Shown piece after piece: positions 1-8,106 of a stretch of 18,100 nt of DNA. The notes beneath the pieces were generated by a model, which saw nothing but the letters and a program-made list of their open reading frames with translations, was not told where the DNA came from and made no database searches. The stretch lies in UHGV virus genome UHGV-0199914. One strand, written 5' to 3'. The first letter of the stretch is position 1. Every line of letters begins with the position of its first letter. A program made the position numbers and the translations under genes. The stretch comes from a virus.

Positions 1-129
1 TTTATCTCGCTGGTCGCTGCCGGGTGGATTTTTACTGCGCTGATTTACCTCGTGGCGTCGGTGTTCTTCCGGCTGATACGTACGGCCTGCCGTCAGCGTT
101 TTGAGGGGCGGGAACCATGTCAAAGCTGA
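1..129 (+). CDS. lysA: C-terminal fragment of a lysis accessory membrane protein (LysA-like), 5' end outside window
   Basis: Frame 1 is open from the window edge to TGA at 127-129 and translates to a hydrophobic tail (FISLVAAGWIFTALIYLVASVFF...). Its position directly upstream of and overlapping lysB matches the P2 order K-lysA-lysB. Confidence 0.45.
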   Translation, partial: FISLVAAGWIFTALIYLVASVFFRLIRTACRQRFEGREPCQS

Positions 130-542
130 TGATTGTGCTGGTCGTGTTGTTATCGCTGGCGGTGTCCGGTCTGTTTCTGGTGAAACACAAAAATGCCAGC
201 CTGCGCGCCTCGCTGGACAGGGCGAATAACGTCGCCAGTGAACAGCAGACGACCATCACCATGCTGAAAAATCAGCTTCATGTTGCGCTCACCAGGGCAG
301 ATAAAAACGAGCTGGCGCAGGTGGCACTGCGTCAGGAACTGGAGAACGCCGTGAAGCGTGAAGCACAGCGCGAGAAAACCATCACGAGGTTACTGAATGA
401 AAACGAAGATTTTCGCCGCTGGTACGGTGCTGACCTGCCTGATGCTGTGCGCCGGTTGCACCAGCGCCCGGCCTGCACCGACGCCAGTGATTGTCCACAA
501 CGCCTGCCCGAAAGTGAGCCTTTGCCCGATGCCGGGCAGTGA
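117..542 (+). CDS. lysB: Rz-like i-spanin (LysB)
   Basis: 141 aa with an N-terminal transmembrane segment (MSKLMIVLVVLLSLAVSGLFLV) and a charged, Q/E/R-rich helical periplasmic domain. The Rz1-like ORF is embedded in another frame, as expected for a spanin pair. Confidence 0.75.
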   Translation: MSKLMIVLVVLLSLAVSGLFLVKHKNASLRASLDRANNVASEQQTTITMLKNQLHVALTRADKNELAQVALRQELENAVKREAQREKTITRLLNENEDFRRWYGADLPDAVRRLHQRPACTDASDCPQRLPESEPLPDAGQ

Positions 543-687
543 CCCGGAGACAAACGGTGATTTAAGTGCCGATATCCGGCAGCTTGAGAACGCGCTGGCA
601 CGCTGTGCCAGCCAGGTAAAAATGATTAAACACTGTCAGGACGAAAACGATGCTCAAACCCGACAGCCTGCGCAGGGCGCTGACTGA
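397..687 (+). CDS. lysC: Rz1-like o-spanin lipoprotein (LysC), nested in and extending past lysB
   Basis: 96 aa with a signal peptide and lipobox-like Cys cluster (LTCLMLCAGCTS), then a proline-rich mature region (ARPAPTPVIV...CPMPGSDP). Starts inside lysB in a different frame, the typical Rz/Rz1 architecture. Confidence 0.65.
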   Translation: MKTKIFAAGTVLTCLMLCAGCTSARPAPTPVIVHNACPKVSLCPMPGSDPETNGDLSADIRQLENALARCASQVKMIKHCQDENDAQTRQPAQGAD

Positions 688-1117
688 TGCCGTCACGGTG
701 CTGAAAACTAACCCCGATATGCTGCGGATATTCGTGGATAACGGGAGTATTGCCTCCACGCTGGCGGCGTCGCTGTCATTCGAAAAGCGTTACACGCTCA
801 ATGTCATTGTGACCGACTTTACCGGTGATTTTGACCTGCTCATCGTGCCGGTGCTGGCGTGGCTGCGGGAAAATCAGCCCGACATCATGACCACCGACGC
901 AGGCCAGAAAAAGGGCTTCACGTTTTATGCAGACATCAACAATGACAGCAGCTTTGATATCAGCATCAGCCTGATGCTGACCGAGCGCACGCTGGTCAGT
1001 GAGGTGGACGGCGCACTGCATGTGAAGAATATCCCGGAACCCCCGCCGCCGGAGCCGGTCACCCGCCCGATGGAGCTTTATATCAATGGCGAACTGGTGA
1101 GCAAGTGGGATGAATGA
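650..1117 (+). CDS. R: tail completion protein R
   Basis: 155 aa, located immediately after the spanins. Sequence (MLKPDSLRRALTDAVTVLKTNPDMLRIF...) recognised as P2 gpR. AGGA lies 9 nt upstream of the ATG. Confidence 0.85.
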   Translation: MLKPDSLRRALTDAVTVLKTNPDMLRIFVDNGSIASTLAASLSFEKRYTLNVIVTDFTGDFDLLIVPVLAWLRENQPDIMTTDAGQKKGFTFYADINNDSSFDISISLMLTERTLVSEVDGALHVKNIPEPPPPEPVTRPMELYINGELVSKWDE

Positions 1118-1559
1118 GTTTAAGCGTTTTGAAGACCGACTGACCGGACTGATTGAGTCGCTGTCACCGTCAGGGCGTCGGCGACTGAGTGCAGAACTGG
1201 CGAAACGTCTGCGGCAGAGTCAGCAGCGCCGGGTGATGGCACAGAAAGCCCCGGATGGCACACCCTATGCGCCACGCCAGCAGCAGAGCGCCAGAAAAAA
1301 GACCGGTCGCGTTAAGCGAAAAATGTTTGCGAAACTTATCACCAGTCGTTTTTTGCATATCCGCGCCAGCCCGGAACAGGCATCAATGGAGTTTTACGGC
1401 GGAAAGTCACCGAAAATCGCCAGTGTGCATCAGTTCGGTCTGTCGGAAGAAAACCGGAAAGACGGTAAGAAAATTGATTATCCGGCGCGTCCTCTGCTCG
1501 GCTTTACCGGTGAGGATGTGCAGATGATTGAAGGGATTATCTCTAACCATCTAGAATAA
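1110..1559 (+). CDS. S: tail completion / virion morphogenesis protein S
   Basis: 149 aa, start overlaps the R stop (ATGAATGA). Sequence recognised as P2 gpS-like and the synteny fits. Confidence 0.85.
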   Translation: MNEFKRFEDRLTGLIESLSPSGRRRLSAELAKRLRQSQQRRVMAQKAPDGTPYAPRQQQSARKKTGRVKRKMFAKLITSRFLHIRASPEQASMEFYGGKSPKIASVHQFGLSEENRKDGKKIDYPARPLLGFTGEDVQMIEGIISNHLE

Positions 1560-1608
1560 AAACATAGTTAATCATCATTGGTGAAATCATTAGGGGGGCA
1601 ATCGCTTG

Positions 1609-1640
1609 TTGACTTGAAAATCGCGAAAAAAAATATTATA
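1609..1640 (+). promoter_or_regulatory. candidate sigma70 promoter for the cargo gene (-35 TTGACT 1609-1614; -10 TATTAT 1634-1639, 19-nt spacer)
   Basis: Consensus -35 hexamer and a 5/6 -10 hexamer in the AT-rich S/V intergenic region about 35 nt upstream of the 1675 ATG. RBS AAGGGA sits 6-7 nt before the ATG. The spacer is longer than optimal. Confidence 0.35.
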
Positions 1641-1674
1641 GATCATCTTTTTACACTAATCTTAAAGGGAATAT

Positions 1675-3201
1675 ATGCGCGAACCAGTGTATTTAGAAGA
1701 TGTCTTTAAACTTTCGGGTATCCCGACAATTACTTTTGTTGAACCTAACGAGTATAAACACCTCTATGTGTCGATAAGAACAGCGGGAAGAGGGGTAATT
1801 ATTGAAGGGCCATCAGGTATAGGGAAGACGACTTGCGTAAGACAGGTTATTGAAAAGTTAAAATTCGAGACCAGTAGTCGGATAATTAAAGAGTTTAAAG
1901 TATTGTCTGGAAGGAAAAAGGAAGATAAAGCCCAGATTGAAAATATAATAACAACGAGTGGTTTCGGTGGGGTGATTATTGATGATTTTCATAAGTTAGA
2001 TGATGAGTTGAAGCATAAAATATCTGACTTGCTGAAAAATTTAGCGGATGAACAACCCTTAGATTCTAAGTTGATTATTATAGGTATAAATAAAACAGGC
2101 AAATCACTGATTGATTTATCACCGGATTTACTAAATCGAATCTCCATTGTTAAATTTGAGTCCAATCCGGAATATAAGGTCAGGGAGTTGCTAGAAAAAG
2201 GTGAGAATGCGCTTAATTTCAAACTAAATGTAAAAGAAGATATTGTAAAGGACTCGGATGGGGCATTTCATCTGGCGCAAATGTTGGCTTATAATGCTTG
2301 TTTACAGGCTGATATCACAGAAGAGTTAGAATCTCCTCGGGAAACAAATATTAGCTATGAATCACTTAAAGAAACAGTGATTCAGGATCTTAGCTATAGA
2401 TTCAATGATATAGTCGTTCGCTTTGTGAAAGGCCAGCGGGTTAAAAAGGGTAGTAGAGCTCCATATCTCCACGTTTTATATTGGTTATCTAAAGAAGATG
2501 AGCGTTCTTTAAATTTGACAAGTTATTTAATTAACAATCCTAATCATCGTAATAGCGTTGGGCAAATTCTGACGCGAGGCCATTTAAAAACGCATTATGA
2601 GAGCAATCCTGATTTTTCGGATGTTATTCATTATAATGATGAAACTACGGAGATTTCAATCGAAGATCCCAAGTTTTATTATTATATAAAGAATTTGTTA
2701 TGGAGCAAGCTTGCGGAGAAGATAGGTTTCACATCATTTGAGTTTAAGTCGAAATATGACTTTGCTTTATCATTTGCTGGAGCTAATAGAAATCATGCGG
2801 AGTATTTAAATCAAAAGCTGATTGAGAATGAGTTATCTGTTTTTTATGATTTCAATGAGCAGGCCAGAATACTTTCTGAAGATGTAGAACAATATCTTGC
2901 TCCAATTTATAGGAGTGAGTCTGTTTTTGTAATTCCGTTTTTGAGTAGGGATTATCCAACTAGAATATGGTGCAAATTTGAAGGTGATACATTTAGGGAT
3001 AGATTTGGTGATGGGTGTGTTATTCCTTTAAGATATAGTGATGCACCTGTTGGCATGTTTGATACTGCCAATGGCATTGGAGGTTTTACCATAAATCCTA
3101 GTGAGGATATATACGCACAGCTAGATACATTTGCAAACTTGCTTGTTGAAAAAATATGTGAAAAAAGAATGCTCTTAAATGGAAAAGAGAATGAGGAATA
3201 A
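1675..3201 (+). CDS. P-loop NTPase fused to a C-terminal TIR-like domain; candidate single-gene anti-phage defence protein (cargo at the P2 orf30 position)
   Basis: 508 aa. Walker A GPSGIGKTT at nt 1807-1833 and Walker B VIIDD at nt 1972-1986, followed by DFHKLD (STAND/NB-ARC-like hhhhDD kinase-2 pattern). The C-terminal part (about aa 360-490, nt 2752-3140) carries TIR hallmarks: FALSFAG (betaA), SVFYDF, SESVFVIPFLSRDY, and TRIWCKFE with a Glu at aa 436 (nt 2980-2982) in the position of the TIR catalytic Glu after the conserved WC. The gene is about 32% GC against about 50% for flanking tail genes, and has its own promoter-like sequence and RBS. Confidence 0.8.
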   Translation: MREPVYLEDVFKLSGIPTITFVEPNEYKHLYVSIRTAGRGVIIEGPSGIGKTTCVRQVIEKLKFETSSRIIKEFKVLSGRKKEDKAQIENIITTSGFGGVIIDDFHKLDDELKHKISDLLKNLADEQPLDSKLIIIGINKTGKSLIDLSPDLLNRISIVKFESNPEYKVRELLEKGENALNFKLNVKEDIVKDSDGAFHLAQMLAYNACLQADITEELESPRETNISYESLKETVIQDLSYRFNDIVVRFVKGQRVKKGSRAPYLHVLYWLSKEDERSLNLTSYLINNPNHRNSVGQILTRGHLKTHYESNPDFSDVIHYNDETTEISIEDPKFYYYIKNLLWSKLAEKIGFTSFEFKSKYDFALSFAGANRNHAEYLNQKLIENELSVFYDFNEQARILSEDVEQYLAPIYRSESVFVIPFLSRDYPTRIWCKFEGDTFRDRFGDGCVIPLRYSDAPVGMFDTANGIGGFTINPSEDIYAQLDTFANLLVEKICEKRMLLNGKENEE

Positions 3202-3218
3202 CACACAAAATATGCTGT

Positions 3219-3236
3219 TGTGTCAGCTATAGTACA
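3219..3236 (+). promoter_or_regulatory. TGT-N12-ACA dyad (Ogr/Delta-type late-activator site pattern) upstream of V
   Basis: TGT at 3219-3221 and ACA at 3234-3236 with a 12-nt spacer, matching the P2 late-promoter upstream element pattern. The geometry relative to the V start at 3284 is tighter than the usual dyad centred near -55, so assignment is tentative. Confidence 0.3.
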
Positions 3237-3283
3237 TAATGGGAGGTTTGCCGTGCTGCTTTCTTGGCGGCATCCTTCCCGTT

Positions 3284-3919
3284 ATGAACACTCTCGCAAA
3301 TATTCAGGAACTCGCGCGCGCACTGCGCAACATGATTCGTACCGGCCTTGTCGTCGAAACCAACCTTAAAGCCGGTCGCTGCCGTGTGCAGACCGGTGGC
3401 ATGTGCACCGACTGGCTTCAGTGGCTGACCCATCGTGCCGGACGTTCGCGCACATGGTGGGCACCTTCCGTGGGGGAACAGGTGCTGATTCTGGCTGTGG
3501 GCGGTGAACTCGACACGGCGTTCGTTCTGCCGGGGATTTATTCCGGCGATAACCCCGTGCCGTCTGCGTCGGCGGATGCCCTGCATATCCGTTTCCCTGA
3601 CGGGGCGGTGATTGAGTATGAACCCGAAACCAGTTCACTGACGGTAAGCGGAATTAAAACGGCCAGCGTGACGGCTTCTGATTTTGTTACTGCCACGGTG
3701 CCGGTGGTCACGGTGAAAGCATCAACCCGCGTCACCCTGGACACACCGGAGGTGGTCTGTACCAACAGGCTGATTACCGGCACGCTGGAAGTGCAGAAGG
3801 GCGGGACGATGAGCGGCAACATTGAACACACCGGCGGTGAACTCTCATCAAACGGTAAGGTACTGCATACCCATAAACACCCCGGCGACAGCGGCGGCAT
3901 AACCGGGAGTCCTTTATGA
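3284..3919 (+). CDS. V: baseplate spike / assembly protein V
   Basis: The ORF is open from 3239, but the recognisable gpV sequence begins at the internal ATG 3284 (MNTLANIQELARALRNMIRTG...), giving 211 aa, the size I recall for P2 gpV. The 15 upstream codons (MGGLPCCFLGGILPV) look like intergenic read-through. Confidence 0.8.
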   Translation: MNTLANIQELARALRNMIRTGLVVETNLKAGRCRVQTGGMCTDWLQWLTHRAGRSRTWWAPSVGEQVLILAVGGELDTAFVLPGIYSGDNPVPSASADALHIRFPDGAVIEYEPETSSLTVSGIKTASVTASDFVTATVPVVTVKASTRVTLDTPEVVCTNRLITGTLEVQKGGTMSGNIEHTGGELSSNGKVLHTHKHPGDSGGITGSPL

Positions 3920-4263
3920 CAGCGCGTTATCTCGGAATGAATCGCAGTAATGGCCTGACTGTCACTGACCTTGAGCATATCAGCCAGAGTATCGGCGATA
4001 TCCTGCGTACACCGGTCGGCTCACGGGTGATGCGTCGTGATTACGGCTCGTTGCTGGCATCAATGATTGACCAGCCGCAGACCCCGGCGCTTGAGTTGCA
4101 GATTAAGGTCGCCTGTTACATGGCGGTGCTGAAATGGGAACCCCGCGTCACCCTGTCATCCGTCACTACGGCGCGCAGTTTTGACGGGCGAATGACGGTC
4201 ACGTTAACCGGCCAGCACAACGACACCGGCCAGCCACTTTCGTTAACCATCCCTGTGAGTTGA
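3916..4263 (+). CDS. W: baseplate wedge protein W (gp25-like)
   Basis: 115 aa, ATGA overlap with the V stop; sequence and position match P2 gpW. Confidence 0.85.
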   Translation: MTARYLGMNRSNGLTVTDLEHISQSIGDILRTPVGSRVMRRDYGSLLASMIDQPQTPALELQIKVACYMAVLKWEPRVTLSSVTTARSFDGRMTVTLTGQHNDTGQPLSLTIPVS

Positions 4264-4267
4264 AACC

Positions 4268-5176
4268 ATGCCGATTATCGACCTGAACCAGCTACCCGCA
4301 CCGGATGTGGTCGAGAAGCTGGACTTTGAAACCATTCTCGCTGAACGCAAGGCGACACTGATTTCCCTTTACCCGGAAGACCAGCAGGAGGCGGTCGCCC
4401 GTACCCTGACGCTGGAATCTGAGCCTCTCGTCAAACTGCTGGAGGAAAATGCTTATCGTGAGCTTATCTGGCGTCAGCGTGTGAATGAGGCCGCACGGGC
4501 GGTGATGCTGGCCTGTACCGCCGGTAATGACCTTGATGTGATTGGTGCCAATTACAACACCACGCGCCTGACTATCACCCCGGCAGATGATTCGACCATT
4601 CCGCCGACACCGGCAGTGATGGAATCTGACACCGATTATCGTCTGCGTATTCAGCAGGCTTTTGAGGGCTTAAGCGTCGCCGGGTCGGTGGGAGCCTATC
4701 AGTATCATGGTCGCAGTGCCGACGGGCGTGTCGCGGATATCTCTGTCACCAGTCCGTCTCCGGCCTGCGTCACTATCTCTGTGCTGTCACGTGAAAATAA
4801 CGGTGTGGCATCCGAAGACCTGCTGGCGGCGGTGCGTAACGCCCTTAATGGCGAGGACGTCAGGCCGGTGGCCGACCGCGTGACCGTGCAGTCTGCCGCC
4901 ATTGTTGAATACCAGATAAACGCCACGCTTTACCTTTACCCTGGTCCCGAAAGCGAACCCATCCGCGCTGCCGCCGTGAAAAAACTGGAAGCGTACATCA
5001 CGGCACAGCACCGGCTGGGGCGCGACATCCGTCTGTCTGCCATTTATGCCGCTTTGCATGTGGAAGGCGTGCAGCGTGTCGAACTGGCTGCACCGCTGGC
5101 CGATATCGTGCTTAACAGCACGCAGGCGTCTTTCTGTACCGAATACCGCGTCGTGACCGGAGGCTCGGATGAGTGA
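4268..5176 (+). CDS. J: baseplate protein J (gp6-like)
   Basis: 302 aa, immediately after W, matching P2 gpJ in size and synteny. Confidence 0.85.
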   Translation: MPIIDLNQLPAPDVVEKLDFETILAERKATLISLYPEDQQEAVARTLTLESEPLVKLLEENAYRELIWRQRVNEAARAVMLACTAGNDLDVIGANYNTTRLTITPADDSTIPPTPAVMESDTDYRLRIQQAFEGLSVAGSVGAYQYHGRSADGRVADISVTSPSPACVTISVLSRENNGVASEDLLAAVRNALNGEDVRPVADRVTVQSAAIVEYQINATLYLYPGPESEPIRAAAVKKLEAYITAQHRLGRDIRLSAIYAALHVEGVQRVELAAPLADIVLNSTQASFCTEYRVVTGGSDE

Positions 5177-5699
5177 TTCGCGACTGCTGCCGACCGGCTC
5201 ATCACCGCTTGAAGTCGCCGCCGCAAAAGCCTGTGCGGAAATTGAAAAAACGCCGGTCAGTATTCGTGAGCTGTGGAACCCGGATACCTGTCCGGCAAAT
5301 CTGCTGCCGTGGCTGGCGTGGGCGTTTTCGGTCGACAGGTGGGATGAAAAGTGGCCGGAAGCGACAAAACGCGCCGTTATCCGCGATGCCTATTTCATCC
5401 ACTGTCATAAGGGCACTATAGGTGCAATCCGGCGTGTGGTGGAGCCGCTCGGCTATCTCATCAACGTGACGGAGTGGTGGGAAAACAGTGACCCGCCAGG
5501 CACTTTCCGGCTTGATATTGGTGTACTGGAAAGCGGCATCACAGAGGCAATGTATCAGGAAATGGAACGGCTGATTGCTGATGCCAAACCTGCAAGCCGC
5601 CACCTTATTGGCCTGAACATTACCCGGGACATTCCCGGCTATCTGTTCGCCGGTGGTGTGGCTTACGACGGCGATGTAATTACGGTTTACCCCGGATAA
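5169..5699 (+). CDS. I: baseplate / tail protein I
   Basis: 176 aa, overlaps the J stop by 8 nt; matches P2 gpI in size and synteny. Confidence 0.85.
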   Translation: MSDSRLLPTGSSPLEVAAAKACAEIEKTPVSIRELWNPDTCPANLLPWLAWAFSVDRWDEKWPEATKRAVIRDAYFIHCHKGTIGAIRRVVEPLGYLINVTEWWENSDPPGTFRLDIGVLESGITEAMYQEMERLIADAKPASRHLIGLNITRDIPGYLFAGGVAYDGDVITVYPG

Positions 5700-5709
5700 G
5701 TGAGGAATA

Positions 5710-7575
5710 ATGAGCACAAAATTCAGAACCGTTATCACCACTGCCGGTGCAGCAAAGCTGGCAGCGGCAACCGCACCGGGAGGGCGGAAGGTCAACATTA
5801 CCACGATGGCCGTCGGGGATGGCGGTGGTAAATTGCCTGTCCCGGATGCCGGACAGACCGGGCTTATCCATGAAGTCTGGCGACATGCGCTGAACAAAAT
5901 CAGCCAGGACAAACGAAACAGTAATTATATTATCGCAGAGCTGGTTATTCCGCCGGAGGTGGGCGGTTTCTGGATGCGTGAGCTTGGCCTGTACGATGAT
6001 GCGGGAACGTTAATTGCTGTGGCGAACATGGCTGAAAGTTATAAGCCTGCCCTTGCCGAAGGCTCAGGGCGTTCGCAGACCTGCCGCATGGTCATCATCG
6101 TCAGCAGTGTGGCCTCAGTGGCGCTGACCATTGACACCACAACGGTGATGGCAACGCAGGATTACGTTGATGACAAAATTGCAGAGCACGAACAGTCACG
6201 ACGTCACCCGGACGCCTCGCTGACCGCAAAAGGTTTTACTCAGTTAAGCAATGCGACCAACAGCACGTCTGAAACACTGGCCGCAACGCCGAAAGCGGTA
6301 AAGGCCGCCTATGACCTGGCTAACGGGAAATATACTGCACAGGACGCCACCACCGCGCGAAAAGGCCTTGTTCAGCTCAGTAGTGCGACTAACAGCACGT
6401 CTGAAACGCTCGCCGCAACGCCAAAAGCAGTAAAGACCGCCTATGACCTTGCTAACGGGAAATACACTGCACAGGATGCCACCACAGCGCGAAAAGGGCT
6501 TGTTCAGCTCAGTAGCGCCACCAACAGTGATTCGGAAACGCTGGCCGCAACACCAAAAGCGGTGAAGTCTGCCTATGACAATGCTGAAAAACGTCTTCAG
6601 AAAGATCAAAATGGCGCGGATATTCCTGATAAAAGATTATTCCTGCGCAATATTGGAGCAACAAATTCAACAACCATGTCTTTTAGTGGTGGTACAGGAT
6701 GGTTCAGGCTGGCAACTGTAACCATGCCACAGGCCAGTTCCGTGGTTTACATAAGTCTGATTGGTGGTGCTGGATATAATGTTAACTCCCCTATGCAGGC
6801 TGGTATATCTGAACTTGTTCTTCGTGCGGGAAATGGAAATCCAAAAGGTCTTACTGGTGCGTTATGGCGACGGACATCGGTTGGATTTACTAATTTTGCA
6901 TGGGTGAATACATCCGGTGATACCTATGATGTTTATGTTGAAATAGGTAATTACGCCACAGGTGTTAATATTCAGTGGGATTATACCAGTAACGCCAGCG
7001 TAACGATTCATACATCACCATCTTATACAGCGAATAAACCAACAGGCCTGACAGATGGAACTGTATATGTAATTTACAGTTCGCACATTAAACCGACTGC
7101 TGCTGATGTTGGGGCGTTGTCATTATCTGGAGGTCAATTGAATGGTGCACTGGGCATCGGAACATCCAGTGCTCTTGGCGGTAACTCGATTGTTTTGGGT
7201 GATAATGACACGGGCTTTAAACAAAATGGCGACGGTAATCTGGATGTTTATGCTAATAACGTCCATGTTATGCGCTTTGTCTCCGGTAGCATTCAAAGTA
7301 ATAAAACCATAAATATTACGGGGCGTGTTAATCCCACAGATTACGGTAACTTTGATTCCCGCTATGTCCGGGATATCCGGCTTGGTGGTGCTGCCACATA
7401 CAAACCTGCGAACAATGGCATGACATGGACACATCAGGCACCGTCCGGGTGTATATATTCCGGCATTATTGTTCAGGATACCGGCTCAAACTCTGCCGAT
7501 AACATTGGTGGCGTATATTACAGACCGGTTCAGAAATACATTAACGGGACATGGTATAACGTGGCACAGGTATAA
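5710..7575 (+). CDS. H: tail fibre protein H (mosaic: conserved N-terminus, tandem fibre repeats, divergent low-GC distal domain)
   Basis: 621 aa. N-terminus MSTKFRTVITTAGAAKLAAATAPGG is typical of P2-type gpH. It contains three tandem copies of a 44-aa fibre repeat, and composition shifts to AT-rich from about 6600 onward. Confidence 0.85.
   Translation: MSTKFRTVITTAGAAKLAAATAPGGRKVNITTMAVGDGGGKLPVPDAGQTGLIHEVWRHALNKISQDKRNSNYIIAELVIPPEVGGFWMRELGLYDDAGTLIAVANMAESYKPALAEGSGRSQTCRMVIIVSSVASVALTIDTTTVMATQDYVDDKIAEHEQSRRHPDASLTAKGFTQLSNATNSTSETLAATPKAVKAAYDLANGKYTAQDATTARKGLVQLSSATNSTSETLAATPKAVKTAYDLANGKYTAQDATTARKGLVQLSSATNSDSETLAATPKAVKSAYDNAEKRLQKDQNGADIPDKRLFLRNIGATNSTTMSFSGGTGWFRLATVTMPQASSVVYISLIGGAGYNVNSPMQAGISELVLRAGNGNPKGLTGALWRRTSVGFTNFAWVNTSGDTYDVYVEIGNYATGVNIQWDYTSNASVTIHTSPSYTANKPTGLTDGTVYVIYSSHIKPTAADVGALSLSGGQLNGALGIGTSSALGGNSIVLGDNDTGFKQNGDGNLDVYANNVHVMRFVSGSIQSNKTINITGRVNPTDYGNFDSRYVRDIRLGGAATYKPANNGMTWTHQAPSGCIYSGIIVQDTGSNSADNIGGVYYRPVQKYINGTWYNVAQV
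6229..6580 (+). repeat. three tandem in-frame about 132-bp direct repeats inside H (K-G-[FL]-[TV]-QLS-[NS]-ATNS-[TD]-SETLAATPKAVK-x-AYD motif units)
   Basis: Unit 1 at 6229-6360, unit 2 at 6361-6492, unit 3 from 6493 (diverges after about 6580). Units 1 and 2 are near-identical 44-aa blocks ending ...GKYTAQDATTAR. Confidence 0.85.
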
Positions 7576-7578
7576 TTT

Positions 7579-8106
7579 ATGCAGCATTTGATAAATATAA
7601 CAGCGGGGAATCCAAAAACGGTTGAACAATATCAATTGACAAAGGGTTTTGATGTTGTCTGGTTTTTTTCAGAAGATGGTAAGAACTGGTACGAAGAACA
7701 AAAGTATTTTGCTGATGACACGATAAAAATAGCGTACGACAAAGATAATATTATCCGCTATGTGGAAAAGGATGTGACAGCTATCAGACCAGATGGATTA
7801 AGTGTTGTTGAAGTGCCAGATATTACTGCTAACCGACGGGCGGACATTTCAGGGAACTGGATGTTTAAGGACGGCACAGTGATTAAACGAATTTATACGG
7901 CGGAGGAATTGCAGCAGCAGGCAGAAAATCGGAAAGCCAGACTTCTAGCAGATGCTGAATCCGTGATTTTGCCGCTGGAACGCGCGGTCAGGCTGAATAT
8001 GGCAACAGATGAGGAACGCAGCCGACTGGAGGTTTGGGAACGCTATAGCGTTCTGGTCAGTCGTGTGGATCCTGCGAATCCTGAATGGCCAGAAATGCCG
8101 CAATAA
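7579..8106 (+). CDS. G: tail fibre assembly chaperone G
   Basis: 175 aa immediately after H. The C-terminal part is conserved gpG-like and the N-terminal part is AT-rich, co-varying with the H tip. Confidence 0.8.
   Translation: MQHLINITAGNPKTVEQYQLTKGFDVVWFFSEDGKNWYEEQKYFADDTIKIAYDKDNIIRYVEKDVTAIRPDGLSVVEVPDITANRRADISGNWMFKDGTVIKRIYTAEELQQQAENRKARLLADAESVILPLERAVRLNMATDEERSRLEVWERYSVLVSRVDPANPEWPEMPQ

Noticed and set aside
1255-1527. 90-aa + strand ORF in an alternative frame inside S (and 5173-5421 inside I, 11395-11665 inside FII, 12870-13076 inside T)
   Set aside because: Alternative-frame ORFs nested in conserved structural genes; Arg/Ser-rich translations typical of off-frame reading of GC-rich coding DNA.
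1989-2222. 77-aa minus-strand ORF (and 2952-3206) inside the NTPase-TIR gene
   Set aside because: Antisense to a strongly supported CDS in AT-rich DNA, with no start context; the + strand frame carries clear Walker and TIR motifs.
3203-3223. Inverted repeat ACACAA-N9-TTGTGT just after the cargo gene stop, considered as its terminator
   Set aside because: Only a 6-bp AT-rich stem with a 9-nt loop and no U-tract; too weak to call a terminator. The partner dyad in the correct TGT...ACA orientation is reported separately.
3239-3283. Upstream ATG extension of V (MGGLPCCFLGGILPV...)
   Set aside because: The recognisable gpV sequence starts at the internal Met (MNTLANIQ...). The extension has no RBS and overlaps the promoter-like dyad, so it is likely untranslated.
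5202-5912. 236-aa minus-strand ORF antisense to I and H (and similar long antisense ORFs at 13714-14403, 15221-15793, 3538-3978, 3227-3586, 10049-10360, 11412-11735)
   Set aside because: They lie entirely inside well-supported, syntenic tail genes on the opposite strand in GC-rich DNA, where stop-poor antisense frames arise by chance. Their translations are low-complexity (Pro/Ala/Arg/Ser-rich) and lack RBS context.
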